Assembly (NCBI GenBank): GCA_026706635.1 | Contig: JAPOYJ010000033.1 | Location: 1,044 to 65,043 of the forward strand | DNA from: Gemmatimonadota bacterium | GTDB lineage: Bacteria; Gemmatimonadota; Gemmatimonadetes; Longimicrobiales; Gaopeijiaceae | DNA: 64,000 nucleotides | Direction of reading: 5' to 3' | Shown: positions 16,813 through 27,262 of the stretch, piece after piece | How the letters are laid out: the number at the start of each line of letters is the position of its first letter | Numbering within the stretch: the stretch's first letter is position 1 | Notes under the pieces: generated by a model | The model's input: the letters and a program-made list of their open reading frames with translations, nothing else | What the model was told of the DNA's origin: nothing | Database searches by the model: none | Made by a program: the position numbers and the translations under genes

Positions 16813-19668
16813 GTGACTCCCCAAGAGTTCATTGCGAAGTGGCATGCCTCGGAGCTGAAGGAGCGCTCCGCGGCGCAGGAGCACTTCATCGACCTGTGCC
16901 GGCTGCTCGGCGAGCCGACCCCGGCAGAGGCCGACCCCAGGGGGGACCACTACTGCTTTGAGCGCGGAGCCCTCAAGGACTCCGGCGGCGAGGGCTGGGC
17001 GGACGTGTGGAAGCGCCACTGCTTCGCCTGGGAATACAAGGGGAAGCGCTCCAACCTCGACGCCGCATTCGACCAGTTGAGGCAGTACGCGCTCGCGCTG
17101 GAGAATCCGCCGCTCCTCATCGTCTCCGACATGCGGCGGTTCCGGATCCGGACGAACTGGACGAACTCCGTGAGCAGGACGCACGAGTTTGGGCTGGACG
17201 ACCTCGCGGACGCTGCCGTACGGGAGAAGCTGAAGTGGGCGATGTCCGATCCTTCGCGGTTGCGACCGGGCGAGACTCGGCAGACGCTCACGGAACGCGC
17301 CGCCGAGACCTTCGCGCAGCTCGCACAGTCGCTCCGGGATCAGGGCCACGCCCCGGAGGATGTGGCCCACTTCGTCAACCGCCTCGTCTTCTGCATGTTC
17401 GCCGAGGACGTGGGACTGCTACCGGACGCCATGTTCACCCGCATGCTCGAACACGCCCGGCAACGGCCTGAGGGCTTCGCGACGCTGGCGCGCGACCTCT
17501 TCGGGGCGATGTCCGTCGGGGGCAGGGTAGGGTTCGAGACCGTGGAGTGGTTCAACGGCGGGCTCTTCGAGGATGACGCGACCCTACCCATGGACAGGGA
17601 CCAGATCGAGACGACCCTGAGGGCGTCCGAACTCGACTGGTCCAACATCGACCCCTCGATCCTGGGGACGCTCTTCGAGCGGGGCCTCGACCCCGACAAG
17701 CGCTCCCAGCTTGGGGCGCACTACACGGATCGGGACAAGATCATGCGGATCATCGACCCGGTGATCGTGCGCCCCCTGCTGGCCGAGTGGGAGACCGTGA
17801 AGGACCGGATTGCCCGGAGCATCGAGCGCGCTAACGCAGCCAAGGCAAAGGGTTCGGAGACGCGCCACCGAAAGCAGGCTGAGGATTCGCTCGGCGCCTT
17901 CCTGGAGCGGCTGCGGAAGTTCACCGTGCTCGACCCTGCGTGCGGCTCCGGCAACTTCCTCTACTTGGCGCTCCACGCTTTCCACGATCTGGAGCACCGG
18001 GCGCAGCTCGAAGCCGAGGCGATGGGGCTCCAGCGCGGCTTCCCGGCTGTCGGTCCCGCCAACGTGAAGGGCATCGAGCTGAACGCCTACGCGGCCGAAC
18101 TGGCGCGGGTGTCGGTGTGGATCGGCGAGATCCAATGGATGCGCCGAAACGGGTTTCCGGGCTCCCGGCAGCCCATCCTCGATCCGCTGGAGACGATCGA
18201 GTGTCGTGACGCGATTCTGACGCCCGAAGGTGCAGAGCCGGAGTGGCCCGAGGCGGATGTCATCATCGGCAATCCGCCGTTCCTGGGCGGCAAACTGCTC
18301 ATCGCGAATCTAGGCGAGGAGTACGTCTCGACCATCTTCGACGTGTACGAAGACCGGGTGCCCCGCGAGGCCGACCTGGTATGCTACTGGTTCGCGAAGG
18401 CCGGTGAACACATGATGCCAGGAGGGGGATCGAAGCGGGTCGGCCTAGTCGCGACGAACTCCATTCGGGGCGGAGCGAACCGCCGGGCGCTGGAGAGGGC
18501 GACCACCGGCGGTGCGATCTTCGACGCATGGAGTGACGAGCCATGGGTGATCGACGGGGCGGCCGTGCGCGTCTCGCTGGTGTGCTTCTCGCGGGCGGAA
18601 GAGGAACGGCTGGCGGAGGTTCGGCTCGACGGCGAGCAGGTGGACGAGATCTACACCGATCTGACGGCGCGCCGCGACGGGGCTGGCGTCGACCTGACGA
18701 GGGCGCGGCGTCTTGACCGGAACGCGGGCGTGGCCTTCATGGGCGACACCAAGGGTGGTCCGTTCGATGTTCCGGGTGACCTCGCCAGGGAGTGGCTGAG
18801 GGAGCCAGCGAATCCCAATGGCCGACCGAACTCGGACGTACTCAGGCCATGGATGAACGGTATGGCGGTCACCCGGAGACCCTCGGACAAGTGGATCGTC
18901 GATTTCGGCTGGACGATGGTGAGGGAAGAGGCCGCCCTGTACGAAGCGCCCTTTCAGCATGCGCGGGAGTACGTCCACCCGATGCGGCAGCGGAATCGTC
19001 GCGAGTCCTACCGCCGCAACTGGTGGCGTCATGTCGAGCCGAGACAGGGGATGTGGCGCGCACTCGATGGACTGTCGCGGTACATCGTGACGCCGCGGGT
19101 CGCCAAACATCGCCTGTTCGTCTGGTTTGATTTCCGAATCTGCCCCGACAGCGCCCTCATCGCCATCGCCCGTGACGACGACACCACCTTCGGAATCCTG
19201 CACAGCCGGTTCCACGAGGTCTGGGCGCTTCGCAAAGGGACCAGCTTGGAGGACCGTCCCCGCTACACCCCGACCACCACCTTCGAGACCTTCCCCTTCC
19301 CGGACGGGCTCTCGCCCGACGTGCCCGCGACCGACTACGCCGCGGATCCACGCGCGCAGGCCATCGCTTCGGTAGCCCGGCACCTCGTCGAGCTCCGCGA
19401 CCGCTGGCTCAACCCTCCCGAGTGGGTGGAGTGGGTCGAGGAACCGGTGTCCGGTTATCCCCGGCATCCTGTACCGCGTGACAAGAAGGCGGCGACGGCA
19501 CTGAAGAAGCGCACCCTCACCAACCTCTACAACTCCCGGCCGCAGTGGCTCGCCGACGCGCACGCCCAGCTCGATGCGGCCGTGGCTGCCGCCTACGGTT
19601 GGCCTGCCGAGATCACGGACGACGCGGCGCTGAAGGAGCTGCTCGCCAGGAACGCGGATGGGACGTGA
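16813..19668 (+). CDS. MmeI-like type IIL restriction-modification enzyme (nuclease + gamma-class N6A methyltransferase + TRD in one chain)
   Basis: N-terminal MmeI-type module (FIAKWHASELKERSAAQEHFIDLCRLLG...GWADVWKRHCFAWEYKGK, i.e. D...EYK nuclease motif). SAM motif LDPACGSGNFL. Catalytic NPPFLGG. 951 aa. Confidence 0.8.
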   Translation: MTPQEFIAKWHASELKERSAAQEHFIDLCRLLGEPTPAEADPRGDHYCFERGALKDSGGEGWADVWKRHCFAWEYKGKRSNLDAAFDQLRQYALALENPPLLIVSDMRRFRIRTNWTNSVSRTHEFGLDDLADAAVREKLKWAMSDPSRLRPGETRQTLTERAAETFAQLAQSLRDQGHAPEDVAHFVNRLVFCMFAEDVGLLPDAMFTRMLEHARQRPEGFATLARDLFGAMSVGGRVGFETVEWFNGGLFEDDATLPMDRDQIETTLRASELDWSNIDPSILGTLFERGLDPDKRSQLGAHYTDRDKIMRIIDPVIVRPLLAEWETVKDRIARSIERANAAKAKGSETRHRKQAEDSLGAFLERLRKFTVLDPACGSGNFLYLALHAFHDLEHRAQLEAEAMGLQRGFPAVGPANVKGIELNAYAAELARVSVWIGEIQWMRRNGFPGSRQPILDPLETIECRDAILTPEGAEPEWPEADVIIGNPPFLGGKLLIANLGEEYVSTIFDVYEDRVPREADLVCYWFAKAGEHMMPGGGSKRVGLVATNSIRGGANRRALERATTGGAIFDAWSDEPWVIDGAAVRVSLVCFSRAEEERLAEVRLDGEQVDEIYTDLTARRDGAGVDLTRARRLDRNAGVAFMGDTKGGPFDVPGDLAREWLREPANPNGRPNSDVLRPWMNGMAVTRRPSDKWIVDFGWTMVREEAALYEAPFQHAREYVHPMRQRNRRESYRRNWWRHVEPRQGMWRALDGLSRYIVTPRVAKHRLFVWFDFRICPDSALIAIARDDDTTFGILHSRFHEVWALRKGTSLEDRPRYTPTTTFETFPFPDGLSPDVPATDYAADPRAQAIASVARHLVELRDRWLNPPEWVEWVEEPVSGYPRHPVPRDKKAATALKKRTLTNLYNSRPQWLADAHAQLDAAVAAAYGWPAEITDDAALKELLARNADGT

Positions 19669-19942
19669 AGCGCTCGGGGGCGTCGCGAGCTAGCCGTCAC
19701 TGCGACACGAAGGCGGAAGCCGTTGACGTCGGCCCGAACCAGCGTTTTCACTCGTACCGAAGTGCTCGCTCTTGTGAGACACTGCGAAGCGTTGCTTCTC
19801 ATGGTGGGGGAACTCACGCAACTTCCGCGGACAGGTTCGAACGACGGAGATCCCGGCTAGATGTGGACACTTGACGGTGTGGGCGTGATGTTGAATTCAT
19901 CAACGAGACAACTCGCCAAGGGCGACCAAGGAGTATTCGACG

Positions 19943-20941
19943 ATGGACACTAGTTTCGACTTAGACGCGTTCATTCGGCGGATCGGCAAACGGCTTGTCG
20001 AGAAGTTTGCGGACGCGAAGGCTGGCACGACCCCATCAGCTGTGGGTTCTGCGGCAGAGCAACCGGTGAGGGATCAACTGGAGCAGCTCCTGCCGAGAGG
20101 AGTTGGAGTCGGTGAGGGGTTTGTGATCGACAGCTACGGCGGGACTAGCCGTCAGCAGGACGTGGTGCTCTACGAGCGGGACATCTGCCCCGTGTTCTCG
20201 ATCAACCTCACGCCACAGACCACCTACTACCCGTGCGAGGGCGTAATCGCCGTGGGTGAGATCAAGAGTCGGCTGGATCGCGAGTCGCTTGAGGACTCGT
20301 TCAAAAAGGTCGCGTCCGTGAAGGCGCTGCGGCGGCATACCGTGGCCCATTTCATGCCGCATCCAGAGACTGGAGCGCCGATACCACGGAAGCGCAACTA
20401 CCTTTCGCTCGGTGGCGACGAGTCGATCATCAGTCTGGACCCGCCGCCGGGAGACAAGGAGAACGAACAGATACTCGGATTTGTCCTCGCGGGCGAGTCT
20501 CGAATGAGTCGCGAGTCGTTGGTGGAGAGGTTCAGCCTGCTATCAGCGGCTACGGACAAGAGCCTGGTGCCGAACCTGGTCGTGACGTTGGACGGGTGTT
20601 TCGTCAGGTGGGGCAAGATCGGCAAAGGGGAACGGAAGGAGGTACGTAAGTCTCCCGACGGCACCTACGGGGTGAGTGTTTACAAGGACGGTCAAGAGGG
20701 TTGGCAGTCCTCGTGGTCTGCCGCGATGGCCACGCATGTGGGCGGATCCGAAGAGGCGGAGACGTTTCGGTTGCTCGTCCGCTGGGTAAGGCAGGCCGTT
20801 GAGCAGGGTAGGACAAGTCACATAGGATCGTTCGATCGCTACCTCGAAGCCAAGTCAACGAGTGAGATGGGAACGGTGTACTGCTTGCCGAAGTTGAAAC
20901 CCAGCGATTTTGCGCGGTCCCCCAGAGACCGGCTGGGCTGA
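19943..20941 (+). CDS. DUF6602-like protein with candidate PD-(D/E)xK nuclease core
   Basis: ...EQPVRDQLEQLLPRGVGVGEGFVIDSYGGTSRQQDVVLYE...GVIAVGEIKS (D...E-x-K spacing). Sits in a visibly lower-G+C stretch. Confidence 0.55.
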   Translation: MDTSFDLDAFIRRIGKRLVEKFADAKAGTTPSAVGSAAEQPVRDQLEQLLPRGVGVGEGFVIDSYGGTSRQQDVVLYERDICPVFSINLTPQTTYYPCEGVIAVGEIKSRLDRESLEDSFKKVASVKALRRHTVAHFMPHPETGAPIPRKRNYLSLGGDESIISLDPPPGDKENEQILGFVLAGESRMSRESLVERFSLLSAATDKSLVPNLVVTLDGCFVRWGKIGKGERKEVRKSPDGTYGVSVYKDGQEGWQSSWSAAMATHVGGSEEAETFRLLVRWVRQAVEQGRTSHIGSFDRYLEAKSTSEMGTVYCLPKLKPSDFARSPRDRLG

Positions 20942-21157
20942 CTACTCGAGCATGCTGGCGCGCTGCTGGTCGGGCCGTGAGCCTGCTCCTCGACTTGCCC
21001 TCGGGGTGCTGGCCATCGCCCCTGTCGTCGGACTTCCCACCGACGTGCGGGCCGCCGCCCGTCAGCTGTTGCCGCCCTGCGGTCAGTTAGCCCACGAATC
21101 GTCGCCACAGCTCGCGGTCCCGAACCCTAGCGGGGGCAGCCGGAAACCCCTGAGCGT

Positions 21158-21520
21158 ATGACGAGGCATGGTCGCTCACGAATCGGTGGTCAGGTCCTTG
21201 GCCAGTTGCTCTCGCGAGCCCGTGTCGAGGAAGATGATGATGTTCCACCTCGACCAGTGTGCGAGGCCTTGGAAAGGACGGCGTCCACGGAGATCGAGCT
21301 GGGTTATCAGATGGGCATCCGCAACGCGCGGGGCGCACACTTCCGGCCGGACACCGGGGACCCCGAGCGACGCTTGGCCGCGAAGTACCGTGCCATTGCC
21401 GAGCGACTCCGGTTCGAGTACCCCTTCGTCGCTGGGGTATTCGACGACCTGTCCGGTGAATACCGTCACGATGCGGACCGGCACGATACCCAAGGGGCCG
21501 CTAGAAGGAGAATCGGGTAG
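21158..21520 (+). pseudogene. probable C-terminal gene fragment, unknown family
   Basis: Only the last ~75 codons look protein-like (GDPERRLAAKYRAIAERLRFEYPFVAGVFDDLSGEYRHDA). No credible N-terminus. Confidence 0.3.
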
Positions 21521-21809
21521 GCGGCGAGGGCGGGCGAATCGAGATCCGAGGTTGCAGCGTTGCGGGCCTCCGATGGTGCCATGACGCTTCGTCCAACCCG
21601 CCCCCGCCCCGCCCGGCGGCCCCCGGCCCGACGGGTTCGCCCGCAACCCAAGACGACCAGCTGATCGAACGCCGGAGCGTATGACGATACGCAGATCGAT
21701 CAGAATACCGTAAGACGGGAGGCAAAGACGGAAGAGGGACCGGGGCGACGCGCTCCCGATCCTGCCCGCGCGGTGGCGCTTCCGTGAGAGTCCCACCCCA
21801 GAAGGGGCC

Positions 21810-21836
21810 GAACCCATGCGGAAAGCGCAGTAGTTC
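21810..21836 (+). repeat. REP-like hairpin element, copy 3
   Basis: gaacccatgcggaaagcgcagtagttc. Confidence 0.65.
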
Positions 21837-22035
21837 AGGCCAGCGGATCGTCGTCGCCCAGGCCCTCGGTGGCGCTCACCGCGACGGTGCCCCGCAGAGC
21901 CGAATCCGCCATTGAAACCGCCCCCTTGAGCGGGTAAATTCAGGGTGCCGAAGCCCTCTTCGGGGCCCCCCTACCGCCGCTCCCAGCGGGGCGTCTCTCC
22001 GCTGCGGATCGATCCCGCCTCCAATCCCACCTCGG

Positions 22036-24561
22036 ATGACCGAAGACACCCGCGCCGACATCGGCCAGAGGATTCTCGAGCGGATCCTCGAACAGGAGAT
22101 GCGCGAGTCGTTCATCGACTACTCGATGAGCGTCAATGTGCAGCGCGCGCTGCCCGATGTGCGCGACGGGCTGAAGCCGGTCCACCGGCGGATCCTCTAC
22201 GCGATGTCCGAGCTCGGCCTCTCGCCCGGGCGCGCCTACAAGAAGTGCGCCACGGTCGTCGGCGAGGTGCTCGGGAAGTACCACCCGCACGGGGACGGCG
22301 CCGTCTACGACGCGCTTGTGCGGATGGTGCAGGACTTCTCGCTCCGCTACCCGCTCGTCGACGGGCAGGGGAACTTCGGCTCGGTGGACGGCGACTCGGC
22401 GGCCGCGTACCGGTACACCGAGGCCCGCCTGCAGCGGATCGCCACCGAGCTGCTCGTCGACATCGACAAGGAGACGGTCCCCTTCGGCGAGAACTTCGAC
22501 GGTCGCCTCAAGGAGCCCACCGTGCTCCCCTGCAAGGCCCCCAACCTCCTGATCAACGGGTCCTCCGGGATCGCGGTCGGGATGGCCACGAACATCCCGC
22601 CGCACAACCTGCGCGAGGTGGTGGCGGGGCTGCTGGCGCTCATCGACGACCCCGGTCTCTCGCAGGCAGGGCTCGAGGAGATCGTAAGGGCGCCGGACTT
22701 CCCCACCGGCGGCCTCATCTGCGGCACAGACGGCGTCCTCGAGGCGTACCGGACCGGCAGAGGCCGGATCATCATGAGGGCGGCCGCGACGATCGAGCAC
22801 TCCGACGACGGCCCGGCGCGGATCATCGTCACCGAGATCCCATTCATGATCAACAAGGCGCGGCTGATCGAGCAGATCGCAGCGCTGGTGCGCGAGAAGA
22901 AGGTCGTCGCGATCCGCGACCTGCGCGACGAGTCGGACCGGGACGGGATGCGCGTCGTGATCGAGCTCAAGCGCGACGCCGTGCCGCAGGTGGTGCTGAA
23001 CCTCCTCTACAAGCACACCCAGATGCAGTCAACCTTCGGGGCCATCTTCCTGGCGCTGGTGGATGGCGTGCCGAAGATCATGCCGCTCCGCGAGATGCTT
23101 CAGCACTTCGTCGACCACCGCCACGAGGTGGTGGTGCGGAGGGCCCGCTTCGAGCTCAGCGCGGCGGGGGAGCGCGAGCACGTCCTGGAGGGGCTGCGCA
23201 TCGCGGTAGACAACATCGACGAGGTGGTGCGGATCATCCGCGGGTCGCGCGATGCCGCCGAGGCCGCGGTCGGGCTGCGGAGCGCCTTCGAGCTCTCCGA
23301 ACGGCAGGCCCGCGCCATCCTCGACATGCGCCTCGCCCGCCTTACCGGCCTCGAGATGGAGAAGCTCGACGTGGAGCTGGCCGAGGTGCGCGAACGGATC
23401 GCCGAGCTGGTGGCCATCCTGGGCGACCGGAGTCTGCGGATGGAGCTCATCAAGGACGAGCTGCGCGAGATCGAGAGGAGGTACGGGGACGACCGCCGCT
23501 CGCGGATCGTCGAGTTCTCGGGCTCGCTGGAGGTGGAGGACCTGATCGCCGACGAGGAGGTGGTGATCACGATGTCCAGGCAGGGGTACGTGAAGCGCAT
23601 CCCGGTCGACACCTACCGCGCCCAGAGGCGGGGCGGACGGGGGCTCCGGGGGATGGAGACGCGCGCCGAGGACTGGGTCGAGCACCTCTTCATCGCCTCC
23701 ACGCACGACTACCTGATGGCCTTCACCGACCTGGGCCGGTGCCACTGGGTGAAGGTCTGGGGGATTCCGCACGGCGGCCGCTATTCGAAGGGGAAGCCGA
23801 TCGTCAACTTCCTGGAGCTCGCCCCCGGCGAGAAGGTGGCCTCGGTCCTGCCGGTCCGCCACTTCGCGAGCGACCGCTTCCTCCTCTTCTGCACCAGGAA
23901 CGGGGTCGTCAAGAAGACGCCGCTCTCGGCCTACGGAAATGTGCGCGCGGCGGGGATCCACGCCATCAAGTTCCGGGGTGACGACGAGCTGATCGACGTC
24001 CGGGTGACCGACGGCTCGAACGAGGTCGTGCTCGCCACCCGGCAGGGCAAGGCGATCCGCTTTCGCGAGTCCGACGCCCGTGCGATGGGCCGGGTCGCGG
24101 GGGGGGTGATCGGTGTGCGACTGGCGGAGGGCGACGAGGTCGTGGGAATGGTCGTGGTGCGTCGCCCGGAGGAGACGCTCCTCCTGGCCACCGAGCACGG
24201 AATGGGGAAGCGGAGCGAGATCGGCGACTATCGCCTGACGCGAAGGGGCGCCCAGGGGGTCATCGGCCTCAGGCTGACCGAGAAGTCGGGCCCGGTGGTG
24301 GCGGCGAAGGCCGTGACCGACGACGATCAGCTGATGGCGGTCACCCGGGGCGGGGTAGTGATCCGGCAGCGCGTCTCGGAGATCAGGGTGATCGGACGGG
24401 CCACCCAGGGTGTGCGCATCGTGAACCTGGACGACGGCGACTCGCTGGTCGATGTGGCGCTGGTGCCCGGGGGCGACGAGGGCGAAGGGGCGGATGGCTC
24501 GGAGGGCGGCGAGGGGGAGGTCGCCGAGGAGCCCTTGGCCACCGAGGAAGGCCGGGATTAG
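22036..24561 (+). CDS. gyrA: DNA gyrase subunit A
   Basis: [28 protein letters not shown], the AAMRYTE-equivalent [10 protein letters not shown], and C-terminal beta-pinwheel repeats. 841 aa. Confidence 0.97.
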   Translation: MTEDTRADIGQRILERILEQEMRESFIDYSMSVNVQRALPDVRDGLKPVHRRILYAMSELGLSPGRAYKKCATVVGEVLGKYHPHGDGAVYDALVRMVQDFSLRYPLVDGQGNFGSVDGDSAAAYRYTEARLQRIATELLVDIDKETVPFGENFDGRLKEPTVLPCKAPNLLINGSSGIAVGMATNIPPHNLREVVAGLLALIDDPGLSQAGLEEIVRAPDFPTGGLICGTDGVLEAYRTGRGRIIMRAAATIEHSDDGPARIIVTEIPFMINKARLIEQIAALVREKKVVAIRDLRDESDRDGMRVVIELKRDAVPQVVLNLLYKHTQMQSTFGAIFLALVDGVPKIMPLREMLQHFVDHRHEVVVRRARFELSAAGEREHVLEGLRIAVDNIDEVVRIIRGSRDAAEAAVGLRSAFELSERQARAILDMRLARLTGLEMEKLDVELAEVRERIAELVAILGDRSLRMELIKDELREIERRYGDDRRSRIVEFSGSLEVEDLIADEEVVITMSRQGYVKRIPVDTYRAQRRGGRGLRGMETRAEDWVEHLFIASTHDYLMAFTDLGRCHWVKVWGIPHGGRYSKGKPIVNFLELAPGEKVASVLPVRHFASDRFLLFCTRNGVVKKTPLSAYGNVRAAGIHAIKFRGDDELIDVRVTDGSNEVVLATRQGKAIRFRESDARAMGRVAGGVIGVRLAEGDEVVGMVVVRRPEETLLLATEHGMGKRSEIGDYRLTRRGAQGVIGLRLTEKSGPVVAAKAVTDDDQLMAVTRGGVVIRQRVSEIRVIGRATQGVRIVNLDDGDSLVDVALVPGGDEGEGADGSEGGEGEVAEEPLATEEGRD

Positions 24562-25543
24562 CGGCACCCTAGTATCGCTCGACGAGGTTCGGGAGGCCCG
24601 GCGGCGGATCCGCGCCGATGTGCTCCGGACTCCCCTGATCCCCGACCCTCACCTCTCGGAGGCGCTGGGCGCCGAGGTGCGCCTGAAGTGCGAATCGCTC
24701 CAGCGGACGGGGTCCTTCAAGGCGCGCGGCGCCTGCAACTTCCTCGCGAGGCTGACGCCCGAGGAGCTGGAGCGCGGGGTGATCACCTACTCCTCGGGCA
24801 ATCACGCCCAGGCGGTCGCGCTGGCGGCGGGGCTCAGGGGAACGTCGGCCGTGGTCGTGATGCCCACGACGGCGCCCAAGGTCAAGGTAGAGGGTGCGGA
24901 ACGGCTGGGTGCGCGGGTCGAGCTCGCGGGCACGACCTCCGAGCACCGCCGGGCGCGTGCGGAGGAGACCGCGGCCTCGGAGGGTAGGGTGATGGTGCCA
25001 CCCTTCGATCATCGCTGGATCATCGCGGGCGCCGCCACGGTCGCGCACGAGGTGTTCGAGGAGTGGCCGGAGGTGGAGACGCTGGTGGTGCCGATCGGGG
25101 GTGGGGGGCTCGCCTCGGGGTGCGCGGCGGCGCTACGGCGGCTGAAGCCGGAGAGCAGGGTGGTCGGCGTCGAGCCGTACGGCGCCCCGACGATGCGCAG
25201 TGCGCTGGAGGCCGGGAGGCCTCTGACGCTGGAGGTGGAGGGAGCGCCCGATACGATCGCCGACGGCCTCGCGCCGATTCGGGTAGGCGACCTCACCCAT
25301 GCCCACGCCGAGGCGCTCCTGGCCGGGGTCGAGCTGGTCGGCGACGACGAGATCCGCCGCGCTGCGCTTCACCTCCTGGAGCGGGCCAGGCTGGTCGTCG
25401 AGTTCTCGGGCGCGGCCACCGTGGCTGCGCTCCTCGCTGGCCGGGTCGCCACTCCTGGGCGGAGGACCTGCGCGGTGCTCTCGGGGGGCAACATGGATCC
25501 CGTCCTTCTGTCAGAGCTCGTCGGCCGGAGGGGTTGGCGCTAG
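24494..25543 (+). CDS. PLP-dependent threonine/serine dehydratase-family enzyme (start uncertain)
   Basis: [17 protein letters not shown] (PLP-lysine motif), [13 protein letters not shown] loop. Confidence 0.8.
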   Translation: MARRAARGRSPRSPWPPRKAGISGTLVSLDEVREARRRIRADVLRTPLIPDPHLSEALGAEVRLKCESLQRTGSFKARGACNFLARLTPEELERGVITYSSGNHAQAVALAAGLRGTSAVVVMPTTAPKVKVEGAERLGARVELAGTTSEHRRARAEETAASEGRVMVPPFDHRWIIAGAATVAHEVFEEWPEVETLVVPIGGGGLASGCAAALRRLKPESRVVGVEPYGAPTMRSALEAGRPLTLEVEGAPDTIADGLAPIRVGDLTHAHAEALLAGVELVGDDEIRRAALHLLERARLVVEFSGAATVAALLAGRVATPGRRTCAVLSGGNMDPVLLSELVGRRGWR

Positions 25544-25558
25544 CCGCCCGTCTCCCGT

Positions 25559-26320
25559 CTAACCCCGCGCAATCCGATCCAGGAATTCCACCTCCTCGCG
25601 GGTGAGCGCCCTGGGGCCCATCCGCCGGGCCTTCTCCAGGAGCCTCTCGACCTCCCGGCGATTGATCTCGTGCAGCGTCGCGCTCCCTATCGACACCCAC
25701 CTGGACATCCTCTCCGCCTCCACTGCGGCCGAGACCCTGCGAGGGGACGACCGCCCGACTACCGCCGCCCGACGGCGACGCTCCCACGCCTTCAGGATGA
25801 GCCAGCCAGCCGCAAGTCCCCCCAGGTGGGTAAAGTGGGCTATCCCGTCGCGGCTCCCCGAGAAGCCCGCGTAGAGGCTCGCCGCAACGAGCAGGATCGC
25901 CAGCACGCGCGCCTCGACCGGCAGAATTCCCCAGATGTAGATGCGCTCGCGTGGCCAGTAGCGGGCGAAGCCGGCGACGACCCCGAAGATCGCGCCCGAC
26001 GCCCCCACGATCGTCGAGTACGGGGTGGCGATAGACAGCACCGCGCCGCCTATGCCGCACCCCAGGTAGAAGCGCAGGAACGTCCTGCTCCCCAGACGCT
26101 CCTCGAGCCTGGGACCGAAGCAGAGGAGCATCAGCATGTTGAGGAGGATGTGCGCCATCCCGCCGTGGAGGAACATGTAGGTGACCAGCGTCCACGGCCG
26201 CGTCAGGACCAGGACCGGTTTGAGCGCGAAGGCCTCGACCATCCCAGGCAGCGCAGCCGACGCCAGGAAGGCGAGCGCGTTCGCGATCATCAGGCGCTTC
26301 ACGCAGGGGGTGATCAGCAT
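25559..26320 (-). CDS. rhomboid-family intramembrane serine protease
   Basis: FLHGGMAHILLNM, GASGAIFG (catalytic Ser) and FTHLGG (catalytic His). Confidence 0.85.
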   Translation of the reverse strand: MLITPCVKRLMIANALAFLASAALPGMVEAFALKPVLVLTRPWTLVTYMFLHGGMAHILLNMLMLLCFGPRLEERLGSRTFLRFYLGCGIGGAVLSIATPYSTIVGASGAIFGVVAGFARYWPRERIYIWGILPVEARVLAILLVAASLYAGFSGSRDGIAHFTHLGGLAAGWLILKAWERRRRAAVVGRSSPRRVSAAVEAERMSRWVSIGSATLHEINRREVERLLEKARRMGPRALTREEVEFLDRIARG

Positions 26321-26360
26321 GCTCTCCTCTCCACCCTATCGCAGGGGTCCTCCGGAGCTG

Positions 26361-27146
26361 CTACGCCCCGCGAAAGACGGGGCTCCGCTTTTCGAGGAAG
26401 GCCGACATCCCCTCCTTCATGTCCGCGGTCGAGGCGAGGAGTCCGAAGAGGTTGGCCTCGAAGGCGAGCGAGTGCTCGATCGCGCTCTCTTCGGCCCGGT
26501 AGAGCGAAGCGAGCGCCAGCCGCACGGCGATCGGCGCGTTCGCGGCGATGCGCGCGGCCAGCTTCCGGGCCCTCTCCATGAGCTCGCCGTGCGGCACCAC
26601 CATGTTGGCGAGCCCGATCTCGCTGGCCCGGGCGCCGTCGATCATCTCTCCGGTCAGGACCAGCTCCGTCGCACGCCCCAGACCCACGAGGCGGGCAAGG
26701 CGGGCGGTGCCGCCGTACCCGGGGATGATCCCGAGCCCGACCTCGGGGAGTCCGAAGCGGGCCTTCTCGCTCGCCACCCGGAGGTGGCACGCCAGCGCGA
26801 GCTCGCACCCCCCGCCGAGCGCGTAGCCCCCGACGGCCGCGATCACCGGCTTGGGGAAGCGCTCGATGCGGCGGAAGACCTCCTGCCCCGCGCGGCTCAC
26901 CTCGACTCCACCGATGGGGTCCATCTTCGCCAGTACTCCTATGTCGGCACCGGCGACGAAGGCCCTCTCCCCGGCACCGGTCAGCACGACCGCACGAACC
27001 GCCGGATTGTCCCCGAGCTCGGCGAAGACTGCGTCGATCTCGGAAATCACCTCGGGGTTCAGCGCATTCAGCTTCCTCTGCCGGTCGATCGTCACCGTGG
27101 CCACCTGGTCCGCCGCTGCGGCCGTGACGTATCGTCTCTCGCTCAT
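26361..27146 (-). CDS. enoyl-CoA hydratase/isomerase (crotonase) family protein
   Basis: VLTGAGERAFVAGADI...GGYALGGGCELALACH is the crotonase oxyanion-hole signature. Confidence 0.9.
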   Translation of the reverse strand: MSERRYVTAAAADQVATVTIDRQRKLNALNPEVISEIDAVFAELGDNPAVRAVVLTGAGERAFVAGADIGVLAKMDPIGGVEVSRAGQEVFRRIERFPKPVIAAVGGYALGGGCELALACHLRVASEKARFGLPEVGLGIIPGYGGTARLARLVGLGRATELVLTGEMIDGARASEIGLANMVVPHGELMERARKLAARIAANAPIAVRLALASLYRAEESAIEHSLAFEANLFGLLASTADMKEGMSAFLEKRSPVFRGA

Positions 27147-27214
27147 GGTTGGTCAGCTCCAGGGTGGTTGACGGTCGGCCACCGAATGTAGCAGCCCCGT
27201 CGTCCCGAGGAGGA

Positions 27215-27262
27215 GCGCGGAGCGAGGCCATGGGTACGAGCGGGAGGTTTGTCCACGGGTGG
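27215..27262 (+). repeat. partial copy (tail) of the GC-rich repeat module (copy E), directly 3' of the receptor gene
   Basis: ...cgggaggtttgtccacgggtgg matches the 3' end of copies B and C. Confidence 0.45.
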
